Of a DNA stretch of 64,000 bases, positions 1-10,115 are shown piece by piece. The notes below the pieces were generated by a model that worked only from the letters and a program-made list of their open reading frames with translations, was not told where the DNA came from and searched no databases. Location of the stretch: NCBI GenBank assembly GCA_003452395.1, contig DMOI01000045.1, forward strand, positions 3,727 to 67,726, in the 5' to 3' direction. A program made the position numbers and the translations under genes. Within the stretch, counting starts at the first letter, position 1. Each line of letters starts with the position of its first letter. The DNA comes from Clostridiales bacterium (GTDB taxonomy: Bacteria > Bacillota > Clostridia > Lachnospirales > UBA12420).

Positions 1-1033
1 ACAGATACATATATTTTTCCTGCAATTGCTCCTAATTGTGGTATAGATATTGTTACCGTTCTCGCGTCTTCCTCAACTATTGCCGTACCTATAGCCGCAC
101 CACCTTTTGACACAGTAAATACACTTACAATATCTCCTGGATATAATCCATTTACTTCTACTTTATCACTAGTTCCATTAATATTATTTGTTACTATAAT
201 ATTTGCCACTAATGGCGTTTGTGTTGTTGGCTCTCCATAGAAATTTACCTCTGTACGACTACTCTCATGACTTTTGTTATCTTTATATGCTGAAGTAACG
301 TAAATTTTACCAGCACTTATTCCCAATTGATTAACAATAACTACTGCTCCAAATTCTCCCATTTTTGCAATACCTATTGGTGTTGTGCTAGTTGCAGTAC
401 TGTATACTCTTATTATATCTCCCTCCATGATGGAATCATCTACAGGTTTTTCAACTGAAATTATATCAGGCCATTCGGTTGGATAGTTTTCTATGTGAAT
501 AGTCCTAATAGCTGGTGAAAGTGCCACAGTTTCGGGCTTTGCACTTACTAATGTTCGTAAGCTTTCGGTTTTTCCTATGCTTGTAATTGAAACATATAGT
601 TTAGTTCCAAGTTTACCAAGTTGATTAAAATATATTGTTACACTATCATCAAACTCCGCTTCTCGTGGAATTAGCTCACCATCTATTTCTGCTCCATCTA
701 GAATTAAACTTTCATCTATTTCCACTCCTTCTAGGATTAGACTTTCCTCTGATTCAATAATACGTTGTCTATCTAAAAATATCATTCGACTTTTATCAAT
801 ATTCGCCTCTACTGCAATTGGACTTCCACCTGTTTGGGTAGTATAAACCTTTATAATAGTACGCGAACTCAAATTACTTATAGTGATACTATCAGGTTCG
901 TTTGCGAGTCCTGCATATGAAACTATATCTTCAGGCATTGGTGCAGTTGAAACCTCAGCAAACACCACTTGACTTATGAAAATGGTAAAGAAAAGTGCAA
1001 CGTATAAGCTTCTTAGAATTTTAAATTTTTTCA
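1..1033 (-). CDS. secreted repeat protein, partial (C-terminal part lies beyond the left edge)
   Basis: Not in the ORF track because no stop lies in the window. ATG at 1033-1031 with AGGAGG upstream, and my translation stays open to base 1. N-terminus MKKFKILRSLYVALFFTIFISQVVFA looks like a signal peptide. Repeated modules end G(K)IYV(T/S)S. Confidence 0.6.
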
Positions 1034-1241
1034 TGATTTCCTCCTGAATGTTGAATATATTAAAATTATCGTTATTACTAATATCGACATTTTTTTGGAT
1101 TGTTTAAATATTCTTTTTTGAATTTAAAAATATACTTTAAAAATTCATAATTTGTACAAACTATAATATGAATATACTTTTAATACAATGCAATTAAAGA
1201 AGCCCAAGATAAAGCATTGGACTTCTAAATTACCTATGCCT

Positions 1242-1274
1242 CACCTAATTTAATTTCCCAATTAGGTGTTTTTT
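1242..1274. terminator. hairpin with T-run; a second hairpin lies at 1198-1226
   Basis: CACCTAATT-N9-AATTAGGTG then TTTTTT. The neighbouring AGAAGCCCAA/TTGGACTTCT hairpin has a T-rich tail in the minus orientation and may end the ATPase-HMA operon. Confidence 0.4.
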
Positions 1275-1295
1275 AATTTCTAGTATTTCTATCCT

Positions 1296-1520
1296 CTATA
1301 AAGTCTCTTTTTCTTCTATCACATCATATCCTTTTTCTACAATAACACTTTTTATATCATCATTAGTTACTTTCGTTGAATCATACTCAACTACAACAGT
1401 TTTATTAGCAAGACTCACACTTACTTCATCTACTCCATTTAGTCCTAATATTGCCTTAGTTACAGTATCTTCACAATGACTACAAGACATACCCTCTACA
1501 TTTATAACAACCTTATCCAT
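1296..1520 (-). CDS. heavy-metal-associated (HMA) domain metallochaperone, CopZ-like
   Basis: 74 aa with a GMSCSHC metal-binding loop near the N-terminus, HMA-domain length, and a GGAGG RBS. Confidence 0.8.
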   Translation of the reverse strand: MDKVVINVEGMSCSHCEDTVTKAILGLNGVDEVSVSLANKTVVVEYDSTKVTNDDIKSVIVEKGYDVIEEKETL

Positions 1521-1586
1521 TACTTCGCCTCCTATTTATAATTTTCCCTTATTAATAACATTCCATAACACCTTATCTAAATTTTA

Positions 1587-4241
1587 TTAATCCTCAACTT
1601 TATTTTTCTCTATATTTCTCACAAATATCTTCACTATCTCAACTATCGGTATAATTGCAAATGAAGCTAATAATACAATTGACCATTGTTCTAAGTTTAA
1701 TGGCACAACTTTAAATATTTTTGCTATAGGTGGAACAACAACTACTATAACTTGTAAAAAAGCAGTTATGAGTATAGCCCATATCAAATACATATTGCTA
1801 AATATACCTATTTCAAATATTGATTTTTTATTTGATCTCACATTAATTGAATGTGTAAGTTGTATTAATCCTAAAGTTATAAATGTCATTGTCATTGCAA
1901 CTTCATGATTATATAATTTATTACCTATATAATATACAGTTAAAGTAATTAGTCCTTTGAATATACCTTGATAAATTATATTAAATCCTACACCATTCGA
2001 CCAAAAACTGCTATCTGACTTTCTTGGTTTTTGCTTCATTACATCTTTATCTGATTTTTCTACTCCAAGTGCTAAAGCAGGTAAACTATCTGTAACTAAG
2101 TTTATCCATAATATGTGTATTGGAAATAGTACTACCCAGTTTAGCATTGTAGCTAAAAATAAAGTTACTACTTCTCCTAGATTAGAAGACAGTAAAAATT
2201 GAATAGTTTTTGTTAAATTACTATATATTTTTCTTCCTTCTTTTACAGCATAAACGATTGTTGCAAAGTTATCATCTGCAAGTACCATGTTTGATACGCT
2301 TTTTGAAACATCAGTACCTGTTATACCCATACCTACACCTATATCTGCTGTTTTAAGAGCTGGTGCATCATTTACACCATCACCTGTCATTGCTACTATC
2401 TTGCCATTTTTTTGCCATGTTTCTACTATTCTAACTTTATGTTCAGGTGAAACCCTTGCATAAACTGAATATTTTGTCACATTCTTTGTAAAGTCTTCAT
2501 CAGAAATTTTATCAAGTTCTGCTCCTGTTATAGCTTCATTTTCTTCTTTTATTATGCCTAGTTCTTTTGCAATAGCGACTGCTGTATCCTTGTGGTCACC
2601 AGTTATCATTATAGCTCTTATGCCCGCAGACTTACACATACGGATAGCTTCTTTTGCCTCTTCTCGCGGTGGATCTATCATACCAACTAATCCAACAAAA
2701 ACCAAGTCATTTTCTACTTTCATAGAAGTCATATCTTTCGGCATAACTTCTACTTTATTATAAGCAAATGCCAAAACTCTAAGTGCCTTGCTTGCCATCA
2801 GTCTGTTTGATGAACTTATTTCATTTAAAATTTCTTCTGATAAATCTTTAATTTCACCATTTATTAAAATCTTTGTACATCTTTCTAGTAATACATCTGG
2901 TGCACCTTTTGTCATTATTTTAAAATTACCTTCTACATCATGAATTGTAGTCATGAGCTTTCTGTCTGAATCAAAAGGTATTTCGTCTACTCTTTTTAAG
3001 TTATTATCTAATTCATTCTTACTAAAACCTTTTTCGTGTGCAAAGCTTACTAATGCAGTTTCTGTAGGATCTCCCAATAGTTTTATACTATTTTCTTCAG
3101 AATTTACAACCTTTGAATCATTACACAATGTCATTACATGTATAAATTCCCTTACATTTTCATGATTACCTTCTACATCCTTTGCCTCAAACACTTGACG
3201 GTTTATATAAACTTCCTTAACTGTCATTTTATTTTGAGTTAATGTTCCAGTTTTATCAGAACATATTATTTCTGTACTCCCTAGTGTCTCAACAGCAGCT
3301 AATTTTCTTATAATAGCATTTTTCTTTGCCATCTTTTGAACGCCAATTGCGAGAACTATAGTAATAACAGCAGGAAGTCCTTCCGGAATAGCTGCAACTG
3401 CTAAGCTTACTGATGTTAAAAACATTTCAAAAGTATCGCGACCATTCATTATGCCTACAACAAATATTACTACGGCTATTATAAGTATTGCTACTGATAA
3501 TAGCTTTCCCATTTTGTCTAGATTCATTTGTAGTGGTGTCTGATTATCCCCTGTATCAGAAATTTTCTTTGCTATCTTACCAACCTCAGTATTCATACCC
3601 GTTCCAGTAACTAAACCGATACCTCTACCATACGTTACTATGCTACCTGAGTATGCCATGTTTATCCTGTCTCCAATAACAACATCTGCATTTTCTAATG
3701 TAACAACACTTTTTTCAACTGGTACAGACTCCCCTGTCAAAGCCGATTCATCTATCTTTAAGTTCGCAGTTTCGATTATCCTCATGTCTGCAGGTATAAA
3801 ATCCCCTGCTTCTACTAAAACTATATCTCCAAAAGCCAGATTTTCTGTATCTATTCTTACCACTTCACCATTTCTTTTTACTTTAACCTGTGGAGATGAC
3901 ATCTTTTTAAGAGCTTCTAATGCCTTTTCTGCTTTACTTTCTTGTACTAGCCCAAGTATTGCATTTATTATAACAACTGCAAGTATTATACCCATATCTG
4001 TTAACTCACCTAATGCACCAGAAATTACCCCCGCAACTATAAGTACTATAACCATAAAATCTTTAAATTGATCTATAAATTTACCAAGTAAAGTTTTTTT
4101 CTTTCCTTCATCAAGCTCATTTTTACCAAACTCTATAATCCTACTTTCAGCTTCAGTTTGAGCTAATCCATTAGAACTCGAACCCGTTTCTACAAAAATA
4201 TCTTCTATATTCATTACATGATAAGCATTATTTTTTTTCAT
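1587..4241 (-). CDS. P-type ATPase, type IIA (calcium-translocating, SERCA/YloB-like)
   Basis: DKTGTLT phosphorylation motif, PEGLP in TM4 (not CPC), TGDGVNDAP hinge, about 10 TM segments. Start moved to the third Met, which has AAGGAGG 6 nt upstream. Confidence 0.85.
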   Translation of the reverse strand: MKKNNAYHVMNIEDIFVETGSSSNGLAQTEAESRIIEFGKNELDEGKKKTLLGKFIDQFKDFMVIVLIVAGVISGALGELTDMGIILAVVIINAILGLVQESKAEKALEALKKMSSPQVKVKRNGEVVRIDTENLAFGDIVLVEAGDFIPADMRIIETANLKIDESALTGESVPVEKSVVTLENADVVIGDRINMAYSGSIVTYGRGIGLVTGTGMNTEVGKIAKKISDTGDNQTPLQMNLDKMGKLLSVAILIIAVVIFVVGIMNGRDTFEMFLTSVSLAVAAIPEGLPAVITIVLAIGVQKMAKKNAIIRKLAAVETLGSTEIICSDKTGTLTQNKMTVKEVYINRQVFEAKDVEGNHENVREFIHVMTLCNDSKVVNSEENSIKLLGDPTETALVSFAHEKGFSKNELDNNLKRVDEIPFDSDRKLMTTIHDVEGNFKIMTKGAPDVLLERCTKILINGEIKDLSEEILNEISSSNRLMASKALRVLAFAYNKVEVMPKDMTSMKVENDLVFVGLVGMIDPPREEAKEAIRMCKSAGIRAIMITGDHKDTAVAIAKELGIIKEENEAITGAELDKISDEDFTKNVTKYSVYARVSPEHKVRIVETWQKNGKIVAMTGDGVNDAPALKTADIGVGMGITGTDVSKSVSNMVLADDNFATIVYAVKEGRKIYSNLTKTIQFLLSSNLGEVVTLFLATMLNWVVLFPIHILWINLVTDSLPALALGVEKSDKDVMKQKPRKSDSSFWSNGVGFNIIYQGIFKGLITLTVYYIGNKLYNHEVAMTMTFITLGLIQLTHSINVRSNKKSIFEIGIFSNMYLIWAILITAFLQVIVVVVPPIAKIFKVVPLNLEQWSIVLLASFAIIPIVEIVKIFVRNIEKNKVED

Positions 4242-4272
4242 ATTCATCCTCCTTGTGATATCCCCACCTGCT

Positions 4273-4379
4273 CTGTCATTGCGACATCCTAATACTTAGT
4301 TTGTGTATTTTGCAAACTTAGTTATAGGGGTACTAGTATAGTGAGAGGTTTTTTCGACGAAGCAATCTCATCCTTTAAA
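4273..4379. repeat. family A palindromic element, left arm only, carrying a 58-bp nested insert
   Basis: CTGTCATTGCGA[insert]GAGAGGTTTTTTCGACGAAGCAATCTCATCC. Nearly identical to 59851-59947. Confidence 0.85.
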
Positions 4380-5256
4380 TTATCTCAACATCTCCAAATA
4401 CATCGCCCGATATATTTGTCCTCATATTTTCAATCTCAAATTTCATTACTCCATATCCTACCCCAAATGGTCCTTCATATGACAAAAGCTTACCTTTTAT
4501 ATCATTTCCATTTATAGCACCTAATATTATATAGCAAGATTTCAAACCATATTGGGAAACATTTTGAATAATAGAACTGTCTAAATTAAAAATCTCTACT
4601 TCGTTCCCTTCTTCTAAAAGACTAATAAGCTTCTTGTCAAATTTTTCCCCATCTTCATGATAATTATATTGTCCCTCATCACTTAAACAATGTGAAAAGT
4701 CTCCACTCGCAATCAAGACTACATTACTTGGTGAATCATTTATTGCCTTCCTTATAATCATACCAAACTTATATAAATCAAGCTTTGATAAAAGTCCATA
4801 AGTTATGTTTACCACTTTATAATCTTTATATTTTTTATTTATAAAATACAGTGGAACCATACTTCCGTAATCAAGTTCAACACCTACTCCATATACTTTA
4901 GCAGAATTCTTGCCTAATTTTATTGTTGATATTTTATTTTGTATTGCATATTCTGCAACCTTCTCAGTTAAAACTTTATCAATCTTACATTCTATTCCTA
5001 TTTGCTCATTACCAAACTCATCAAAGTTTCCATAAAGAACATCATCAATTGATATCGCTATCGTATCTCCAGAAAGAGATGCATGCGGTGTTACTATTAT
5101 TATAGTATCAGGTACTTTATGTGCTACATCTGACGCAACTTCATAACAAGCATTAAAAGTATTCTTTACATTTTTTATTTGTTCCTCACCTATTTCAGGT
5201 AATAAAATAGGTGCTTGAGGCATTAAATAACAACCCTTAAGTTCTCCCATAAACAC
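4375..5256 (-). CDS. class III extradiol dioxygenase subunit B-like (LigB/Memo superfamily) protein
   Basis: 293 aa, family-level resemblance only (VTPHASLSGD and GPFGVGYGV segments). Start uncertain: GTG at 5256 or ATG at 5223. Confidence 0.45.
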   Translation of the reverse strand: MFMGELKGCYLMPQAPILLPEIGEEQIKNVKNTFNACYEVASDVAHKVPDTIIIVTPHASLSGDTIAISIDDVLYGNFDEFGNEQIGIECKIDKVLTEKVAEYAIQNKISTIKLGKNSAKVYGVGVELDYGSMVPLYFINKKYKDYKVVNITYGLLSKLDLYKFGMIIRKAINDSPSNVVLIASGDFSHCLSDEGQYNYHEDGEKFDKKLISLLEEGNEVEIFNLDSSIIQNVSQYGLKSCYIILGAINGNDIKGKLLSYEGPFGVGYGVMKFEIENMRTNISGDVFGDVEII

Positions 5257-5420
5257 ACATCCATTCTAAGCAATATAGTAAATATTCACTCTGCCTTCTT
5301 ACTAAATTATAACATATGATTAAAAAACATACAAGAAAAATTATATTTTAATGTATAATAACGTTAATATTTCAAAAAATATAATAATACTAATAAAAAT
5401 AATAAAACATGGAGGTACTT

Positions 5421-5819
5421 ATGGACAGGGAAGAAAGAAAAAATGCTAATAGATTAGATACACTTGAAAATATCTTAGAAAAGCACACAAGAACTGAAAG
5501 ACATCTAGAGCAGCATAGTGACATTGCGAATCCGGATCAAATTAAACATTCAAAAGAGATTCAAGGTGAGAGAGAAAATGAGATTAAGACTATAGAAAAT
5601 AAAATTATTTTTGGAGATACTTCTAAGGACAATGATGAATTAGGCAACGTTAAGAAAAACTTTGAATTTACGAAAGGTTACCTTATGGAGAATGCGAAGG
5701 AAATGGATGATTTTACTTTAGAGAAAACTATTGAGAAACAGCAAAACAGAACTAAACATATGGAAAATTTTGAAAGAGGACAAGAAAATGATGCTGAAAA
5801 CAAAAATGAGCAAAATTAA
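5421..5819 (+). CDS. charged spore-protein-like protein (resembles Tlp-type small acid-soluble spore protein)
   Basis: Highly charged protein. N-terminal DREERKNANRLDTLENILEKHTRTERHLE resembles the Tlp pattern. The ATG at 5421 follows GGAGGT, and the track start at 5409 is the RBS itself. Confidence 0.4.
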   Translation: MDREERKNANRLDTLENILEKHTRTERHLEQHSDIANPDQIKHSKEIQGERENEIKTIENKIIFGDTSKDNDELGNVKKNFEFTKGYLMENAKEMDDFTLEKTIEKQQNRTKHMENFERGQENDAENKNEQN

Positions 5820-5835
5820 TTGCTCATTTTTGTTT
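5806..5835. terminator. bidirectional terminator shared by convergent genes
   Basis: ATGAGCAA-N6-TTGCTCAT with flanking A and T runs. The stem overlaps both stop codons. Confidence 0.6.
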
Positions 5836-6673
5836 TCAAGTTTAATGATGCCTCATATACTTGATTTTTTGAAAAATCATGTTCATTTACTACCTTTTTT
5901 ATAGCTTCCTTCATTGTACAATCATCTCTCATTATTTTATCTACTAACAATGCCTCTATGGATATTTTAGCTTCACCTGTATTTTCATCCTTGACCTCTT
6001 GATTTTGAAGTATTACAACATACTCACCTTTTTCTATATTTTCATCATTTTTAATTTTCTGTAAAACTTCCTTAATATCTCCTCTTATTACCCTTTCATG
6101 CAGCTTTGTCAAATCCGAGCAAATGCATATAGCTGAGTTTGGAAATGATTCAGCCAATTTTTCAACTAATTTTACTACCCTTCGTGGCGACTCATATATA
6201 ACTGAGATTTTAACATTTGAATTACTTATTTCAGTTATCTTTTCCTTTAGCTTATTATCCCTGTCTAAGAAACCATAAAATGCAAATTTATCAATCTCAA
6301 ATCCGGATATTGATAATGCATCTATTACAGCCGATGGTCCTGGTATGCCTATTACCTCTATTTGATTACTATGTGCAAAAGCGACAATCTCATAGCCTGG
6401 GTCTGATATACACGGAGTGCCTGCATCGGATACTAGACACACAACTAGATCTTCAGTTTTTATCAGCTCTACTATCTGCTCTGCCTTCCATTTTTCATTA
6501 AACTTATGATATGATTCCATCTTCTTTTTTATATTAAAGTAATTTAGTAATTTTATTGTATGCCTTGTATCCTCGGCAAGTATTAAGTCACACTCATTCA
6601 AAACATCTAAAGTTCTTTTAGATACGTCTCCTAAATTCCCTATTGGGGTTGCTACTATATACAGTTTTGACAT
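5816..6673 (-). CDS. rsmI: 16S rRNA (cytidine1402-2'-O)-methyltransferase
   Basis: N-terminus LYIVATPIGNLGDVSKRTLDVL...LAEDTRHT is typical RsmI. Confidence 0.9.
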   Translation of the reverse strand: MSKLYIVATPIGNLGDVSKRTLDVLNECDLILAEDTRHTIKLLNYFNIKKKMESYHKFNEKWKAEQIVELIKTEDLVVCLVSDAGTPCISDPGYEIVAFAHSNQIEVIGIPGPSAVIDALSISGFEIDKFAFYGFLDRDNKLKEKITEISNSNVKISVIYESPRRVVKLVEKLAESFPNSAICICSDLTKLHERVIRGDIKEVLQKIKNDENIEKGEYVVILQNQEVKDENTGEAKISIEALLVDKIMRDDCTMKEAIKKVVNEHDFSKNQVYEASLNLKTKMSN

Positions 6674-6713
6674 AATTAAACTCCTAACTAAATATTTATT
6701 TTATAATTTATAT

Positions 6714-7340
6714 TCACACAAGTATCTTTCCACAATGCTCCTCCAAAAAGCACTCTCCACATTTTGGTTTTTGACCCTTACACATTGTTCTACCGAGTGC
6801 CATAATTTGGCTATTGTACCTTGCCCAGTTTTCTTTTGGCAACACTTTCATTAGGTCAAACTCTATTTTAGTAGGGTCTTTCTCTTTTGTAAGACCTAAT
6901 CTGTAGCTTACTCTCTTAACATGCGTGTCTACAACTATGCTTGGTTGCTTAAATATATGTGTTAGTATTACATTCGCTGTTTTTCTGCCCACTCCAGCAA
7001 GTTTTGTTAGAGTTTCTATATCCATAGGCATATTTTTAGAATAATCTGTTATAAGTTGACCACATGATCTTTTTATATTTTGTGCCTTATTTCTATAAAA
7101 TCCTGTTTGAAATACATCTTGCTCTAATTCTGCTATATCACACTCTGCAAAATCTTCTATCTTGTTATACTTTATAAAAAGCTTCTCTGTCACTTTATTT
7201 ACTCTTTCATCTGTACATTGTGCAGCAAGTATTGTTGCAACCATAAGCTCATAATCTTTAGTGTAATTTAGATAGCATATAGCTTCTTTACCATATTTAT
7301 AATCAAGTAGCTTTAATATTTGATTTATTGTTTCTTCCAT
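6714..7340 (-). CDS. nth: endonuclease III
   Basis: HhH-GPD region LAGVGRKTANV and a C-terminal 4Fe-4S Cys cluster CKGQKPKCGECFLEEHC. Start at the Met preceded by GGAGGTGA. Confidence 0.9.
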   Translation of the reverse strand: MEETINQILKLLDYKYGKEAICYLNYTKDYELMVATILAAQCTDERVNKVTEKLFIKYNKIEDFAECDIAELEQDVFQTGFYRNKAQNIKRSCGQLITDYSKNMPMDIETLTKLAGVGRKTANVILTHIFKQPSIVVDTHVKRVSYRLGLTKEKDPTKIEFDLMKVLPKENWARYNSQIMALGRTMCKGQKPKCGECFLEEHCGKILV

Positions 7341-7522
7341 GCAGTCACCTCCAAATAATATCTTCATCCATCATTGCAATACTTTTGCATCCATAATCTA
7401 TTCTACCATTATCTCATATCTTTTTCAATATAAAAAATTATAATAATATTTTTGTTTCTTTGTATATATTTTTCAATTTGGCAAATAATACAATTGTACA
7501 TCAAATTTAAGGAGGTTAAATT

Positions 7523-7702
7523 ATGACATCTAAAGAATTAGATTTATTGAAAGATACTTTAAATCAAGAGCAACAAGCTATTAAGAAGTGTCAAACTTAT
7601 GCTGAGCATTCAAATGATCAATCAATCAAGAGTTTATTTGCACAAGCTGCTCAAAGACACGAAACACATTATAAAAAGATTTTGACTCAACTAAACGTAT
7701 AG
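7523..7702 (+). CDS. small spore coat protein F-like protein (59 aa, below ORF-track cutoff)
   Basis: ATG at 7523 follows AAGGAGG. Translation is MTSKELDLLKDTLNQEQQAIKKCQTYAEHSNDQSIKSLFAQAAQRHETHYKKILTQLNV with stop TAG at 7700-7702. Helical Coat_F-like pattern, adjacent to a CotF-like gene. Confidence 0.6.
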   Translation: MTSKELDLLKDTLNQEQQAIKKCQTYAEHSNDQSIKSLFAQAAQRHETHYKKILTQLNV

Positions 7703-7780
7703 TCTGATGTAGCTATTATACATGGCTAATAGCAGGTAAAACGTTTTTATCTGCTAACTAAATTAAAGGGGTGAACTACT

Positions 7781-8137
7781 ATGACGAATACAAATACAGG
7801 TACAGGTGTAGGTACAAATGCCAATGCAAATACAGCAGCAGCTGCTAGTGCAGGTTCTAGAACTACTAGCTCAGATAAAATGGGTGAAAAAGAATATGTA
7901 ACAGATTTACTAAATTCAGAAAAGTTACTATGTAGTACTTATAATACTGCTATTATTGAGGCAGCTACTCCTCAAATAAGAGAAGATTTTAAATCAGTAT
8001 TAATGGATCAATTTGATGTTCAAAATACAATATTTATGGCTATGAATGAAAAAGGCTGGTATCCAGTTGATCCAGCACAACAAAACAAAATACAACAAGC
8101 AAAAGACCAGTTTCCATCTTCAGTATTAAACGCATAA
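7781..8137 (+). CDS. spore coat protein F (CotF)-like
   Basis: Low-complexity N-terminus, then EKEYVTDLLNSEKLLCSTYNTAIIEAATPQIREDF, which is typical of the Coat_F domain. Confidence 0.7.
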   Translation: MTNTNTGTGVGTNANANTAAAASAGSRTTSSDKMGEKEYVTDLLNSEKLLCSTYNTAIIEAATPQIREDFKSVLMDQFDVQNTIFMAMNEKGWYPVDPAQQNKIQQAKDQFPSSVLNA

Positions 8138-8139
8138 TT

Positions 8140-8190
8140 AAAAAGCTACTGCTATCAAGATTTTCCTTGATTCAGTAGCTTTTTAATTTT
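8140..8190 (+). terminator. rho-independent terminator after the CotF-like gene
   Basis: AAAAAGCTACTG...CAGTAGCTTTTT with an inner ATCAAG/CTTGAT stem. Confidence 0.7.
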
Positions 8191-8349
8191 TCACTTCAAT
8201 CATTCCTTATAATCCATAGTATTCCGTTCGAAACATGTCTTATTGTCAAGACAGTACACAAATCATCAAAAACATCCTCATGTCTTTCCAGCTTTTTATA
8301 TGTTTATCCTTTCACTTCTACTATCATTTGTAACTCTTCAGTACAATGA

Positions 8350-8481
8350 TTAATCTGCTTTTTTTTTTTCTTCATCGTCATCATATTCTAAGATACCCAC
8401 TCCTTTTTTCATATTTTCATTAACAATTTGTCCGTTTTCTATTACCACTATCGGTTCTGTATTTACAATTTCTTGATACAT
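8350..8481 (-). CDS. hypothetical small acidic protein (43 aa)
   Basis: ATG at 8481-8479 preceded by GGAGGAATATAG. MYQEIVNTEPIVVIENGQIVNENMKKGVGILEYDDDEEKKKAD. Immediately downstream of the DUF421 gene. No homology recognised. Confidence 0.35.
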   Translation of the reverse strand: MYQEIVNTEPIVVIENGQIVNENMKKGVGILEYDDDEEKKKAD

Positions 8482-8503
8482 CTATATTCCTCCTGTCTTT
8501 CGA

Positions 8504-9208
8504 TTAAAATTCTTGCGGTTTCCCACCTGCATTGCCAAATTTATTCTTATTCCAGTCAACATAAAGCTTTCCTTCGGTATTAAGCTCTGCTATTAGCACA
8601 TCTTCTATATTTTGAACACCAGCTTTTTTAATCTCTTCTTTCAACCAATTTTCATCTAGTTTTGCATATTTCAAATTTACTTTTATTATATCTCCATCAA
8701 TAATCAAAGGAAGCGCAAGTCCTTCGTATTCAGTACTAATTTTCATATCTTTTGCTTTAACAGGTCTTTCTTGCGATTTTGGTATTACAGAAAGGTTTCC
8801 GTTTGGTTCTACAATGGCAAATTCAACTTCTGATATGTTAACATATCCTTCTAATCGCAATAATGACATCAAAAAGGTTACATTTATTTTGTTTAGTTTA
8901 AGTTCATTTTTGTCAATCTTTCCGTTTGCTATTACTATACTTGGTTTCATATCTATATTATAAAATTTCTTATGCAACGATATTACTCCTACTGCAAGTG
9001 TACAAAAGACTATTGAAAATACTCCTATCGCCTGTTTAGATGGTATTTTATAAACTAAAGGCTCCGCAGCAATATTAGAAATAAGTAATAAAGCAGCAAG
9101 TTCATAGGATGTCATTTGAGATATAGACTTCTTACCCAACATTCTAACTGCTGCCCATATTACTAAAAACATTATTATACAACGTGCTATATATACTATA
9201 ATTTCCAC
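8504..9208 (-). CDS. DUF421 (YetF/YdfS-like) membrane protein
   Basis: Two to three N-terminal TM helices followed by a soluble C-terminal domain. GTG start with AAGGAGGA 9 nt upstream. Confidence 0.7.
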   Translation of the reverse strand: MEIIVYIARCIIMFLVIWAAVRMLGKKSISQMTSYELAALLLISNIAAEPLVYKIPSKQAIGVFSIVFCTLAVGVISLHKKFYNIDMKPSIVIANGKIDKNELKLNKINVTFLMSLLRLEGYVNISEVEFAIVEPNGNLSVIPKSQERPVKAKDMKISTEYEGLALPLIIDGDIIKVNLKYAKLDENWLKEEIKKAGVQNIEDVLIAELNTEGKLYVDWNKNKFGNAGGKPQEF

Positions 9209-9224
9209 TAAGAAGTCCTCCTTT

Positions 9225-9599
9225 TTATGGTTCAGGTACTATTTTCTTAAAATTTATGAAATGTCCCATAACTTTATTTGCACTTTCTACGGCTCTGTTT
9301 CTATCCTTGATTTCTATCGCACTCCTTAATACTTCAATTGCATCGCTCATCTCTGAATAGTCATGCTCTGCATTATTTAATGCAATAAGGTATTTACCAT
9401 TCATCCATATTTTATTAAATTCTTCTTCATTTTGCTGTGCAACTTCCCAATTCTCTTTCTTTGCTTCTTCCATTACCTCTTTCAACGTGTTCTCAAATCT
9501 ATTACCCCGATCGTAAATATAATTTTGTGCTACAAAAAACACTGCGAATATTATTACTATTATACTTATTAATCCTCTTGTTATTGTATTATTGCTCAA
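9225..9599 (-). CDS. DUF4363-like small membrane-anchored protein
   Basis: Single N-terminal TM followed by a helical domain. Usual partner gene upstream of DUF421. Confidence 0.55.
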   Translation of the reverse strand: MSNNTITRGLISIIVIIFAVFFVAQNYIYDRGNRFENTLKEVMEEAKKENWEVAQQNEEEFNKIWMNGKYLIALNNAEHDYSEMSDAIEVLRSAIEIKDRNRAVESANKVMGHFINFKKIVPEP

Positions 9600-9829
9600 G
9601 CAGTTCCCCCCCTTTTTATGTTGTTAAGCTATACCAATATTTTCTACACTATTATAAAAGTTATACATTTTATAGTTTTAACTTCAATTACATTAGCAGG
9701 ATGATCTTTAGGTGATATGCTTCCCCACTTGGTGAAACTGCAATACTTTCAGCTACCATCAGATGTTTAATCATGTATTATGTTAAGTCTTATCTACCTT
9801 ATAGTTGTATATAATTATTTCATTAAAAA

Positions 9830-9931
9830 TGTGCATATGAATGCAATATATTTCCTGATGCACATTGTAAAGAGTGTGTTGACATCTGTACAGCATGTGC
9901 AGACGAATGTAGAAAAATGGCTAATTCGTAA
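9830..9931 (+). pseudogene. 3' remnant of a cysteine-rich four-helix-bundle (DUF326-like) gene
   Basis: 33 in-frame codons, CAYECNIFPDAHCKECVDICTACADECRKMANS then stop. In-frame TAA directly upstream and no start codon. Followed by an intact terminator. Confidence 0.55.
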
Positions 9932-9937
9932 TTAAAT

Positions 9938-9980
9938 AAACCCAGTTAGAGTATATCACTACTCAACTGGGTTTATTTTT
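9938..9980 (+). terminator. rho-independent terminator after the DUF326 remnant
   Basis: AAACCCAGTT-N17-AACTGGGTTT then ATTTTT. Confidence 0.7.
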
Positions 9981-10115
9981 ATATCTCTAAATTAAATTCT
10001 ATCCTTGTAAGAGGAACCTACCACTTTGTTGTTATTAGTTTTTAATGTGTTTTACTTTCCATTCTAAGCTGGGTTCCCCACTAGTTCCATCTACCGTATT
10101 AGGCTTGTGGTTATC

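Noticed and set aside
2554-4071. Plus-strand ORFs inside the P-type ATPase gene, and analogous antisense ORFs inside clpC, mutL, the Lon-like gene and others
   Set aside because: They are antisense shadows of long, confidently identified genes, with serine/isoleucine/phenylalanine-rich translations typical of AT-rich antisense frames.
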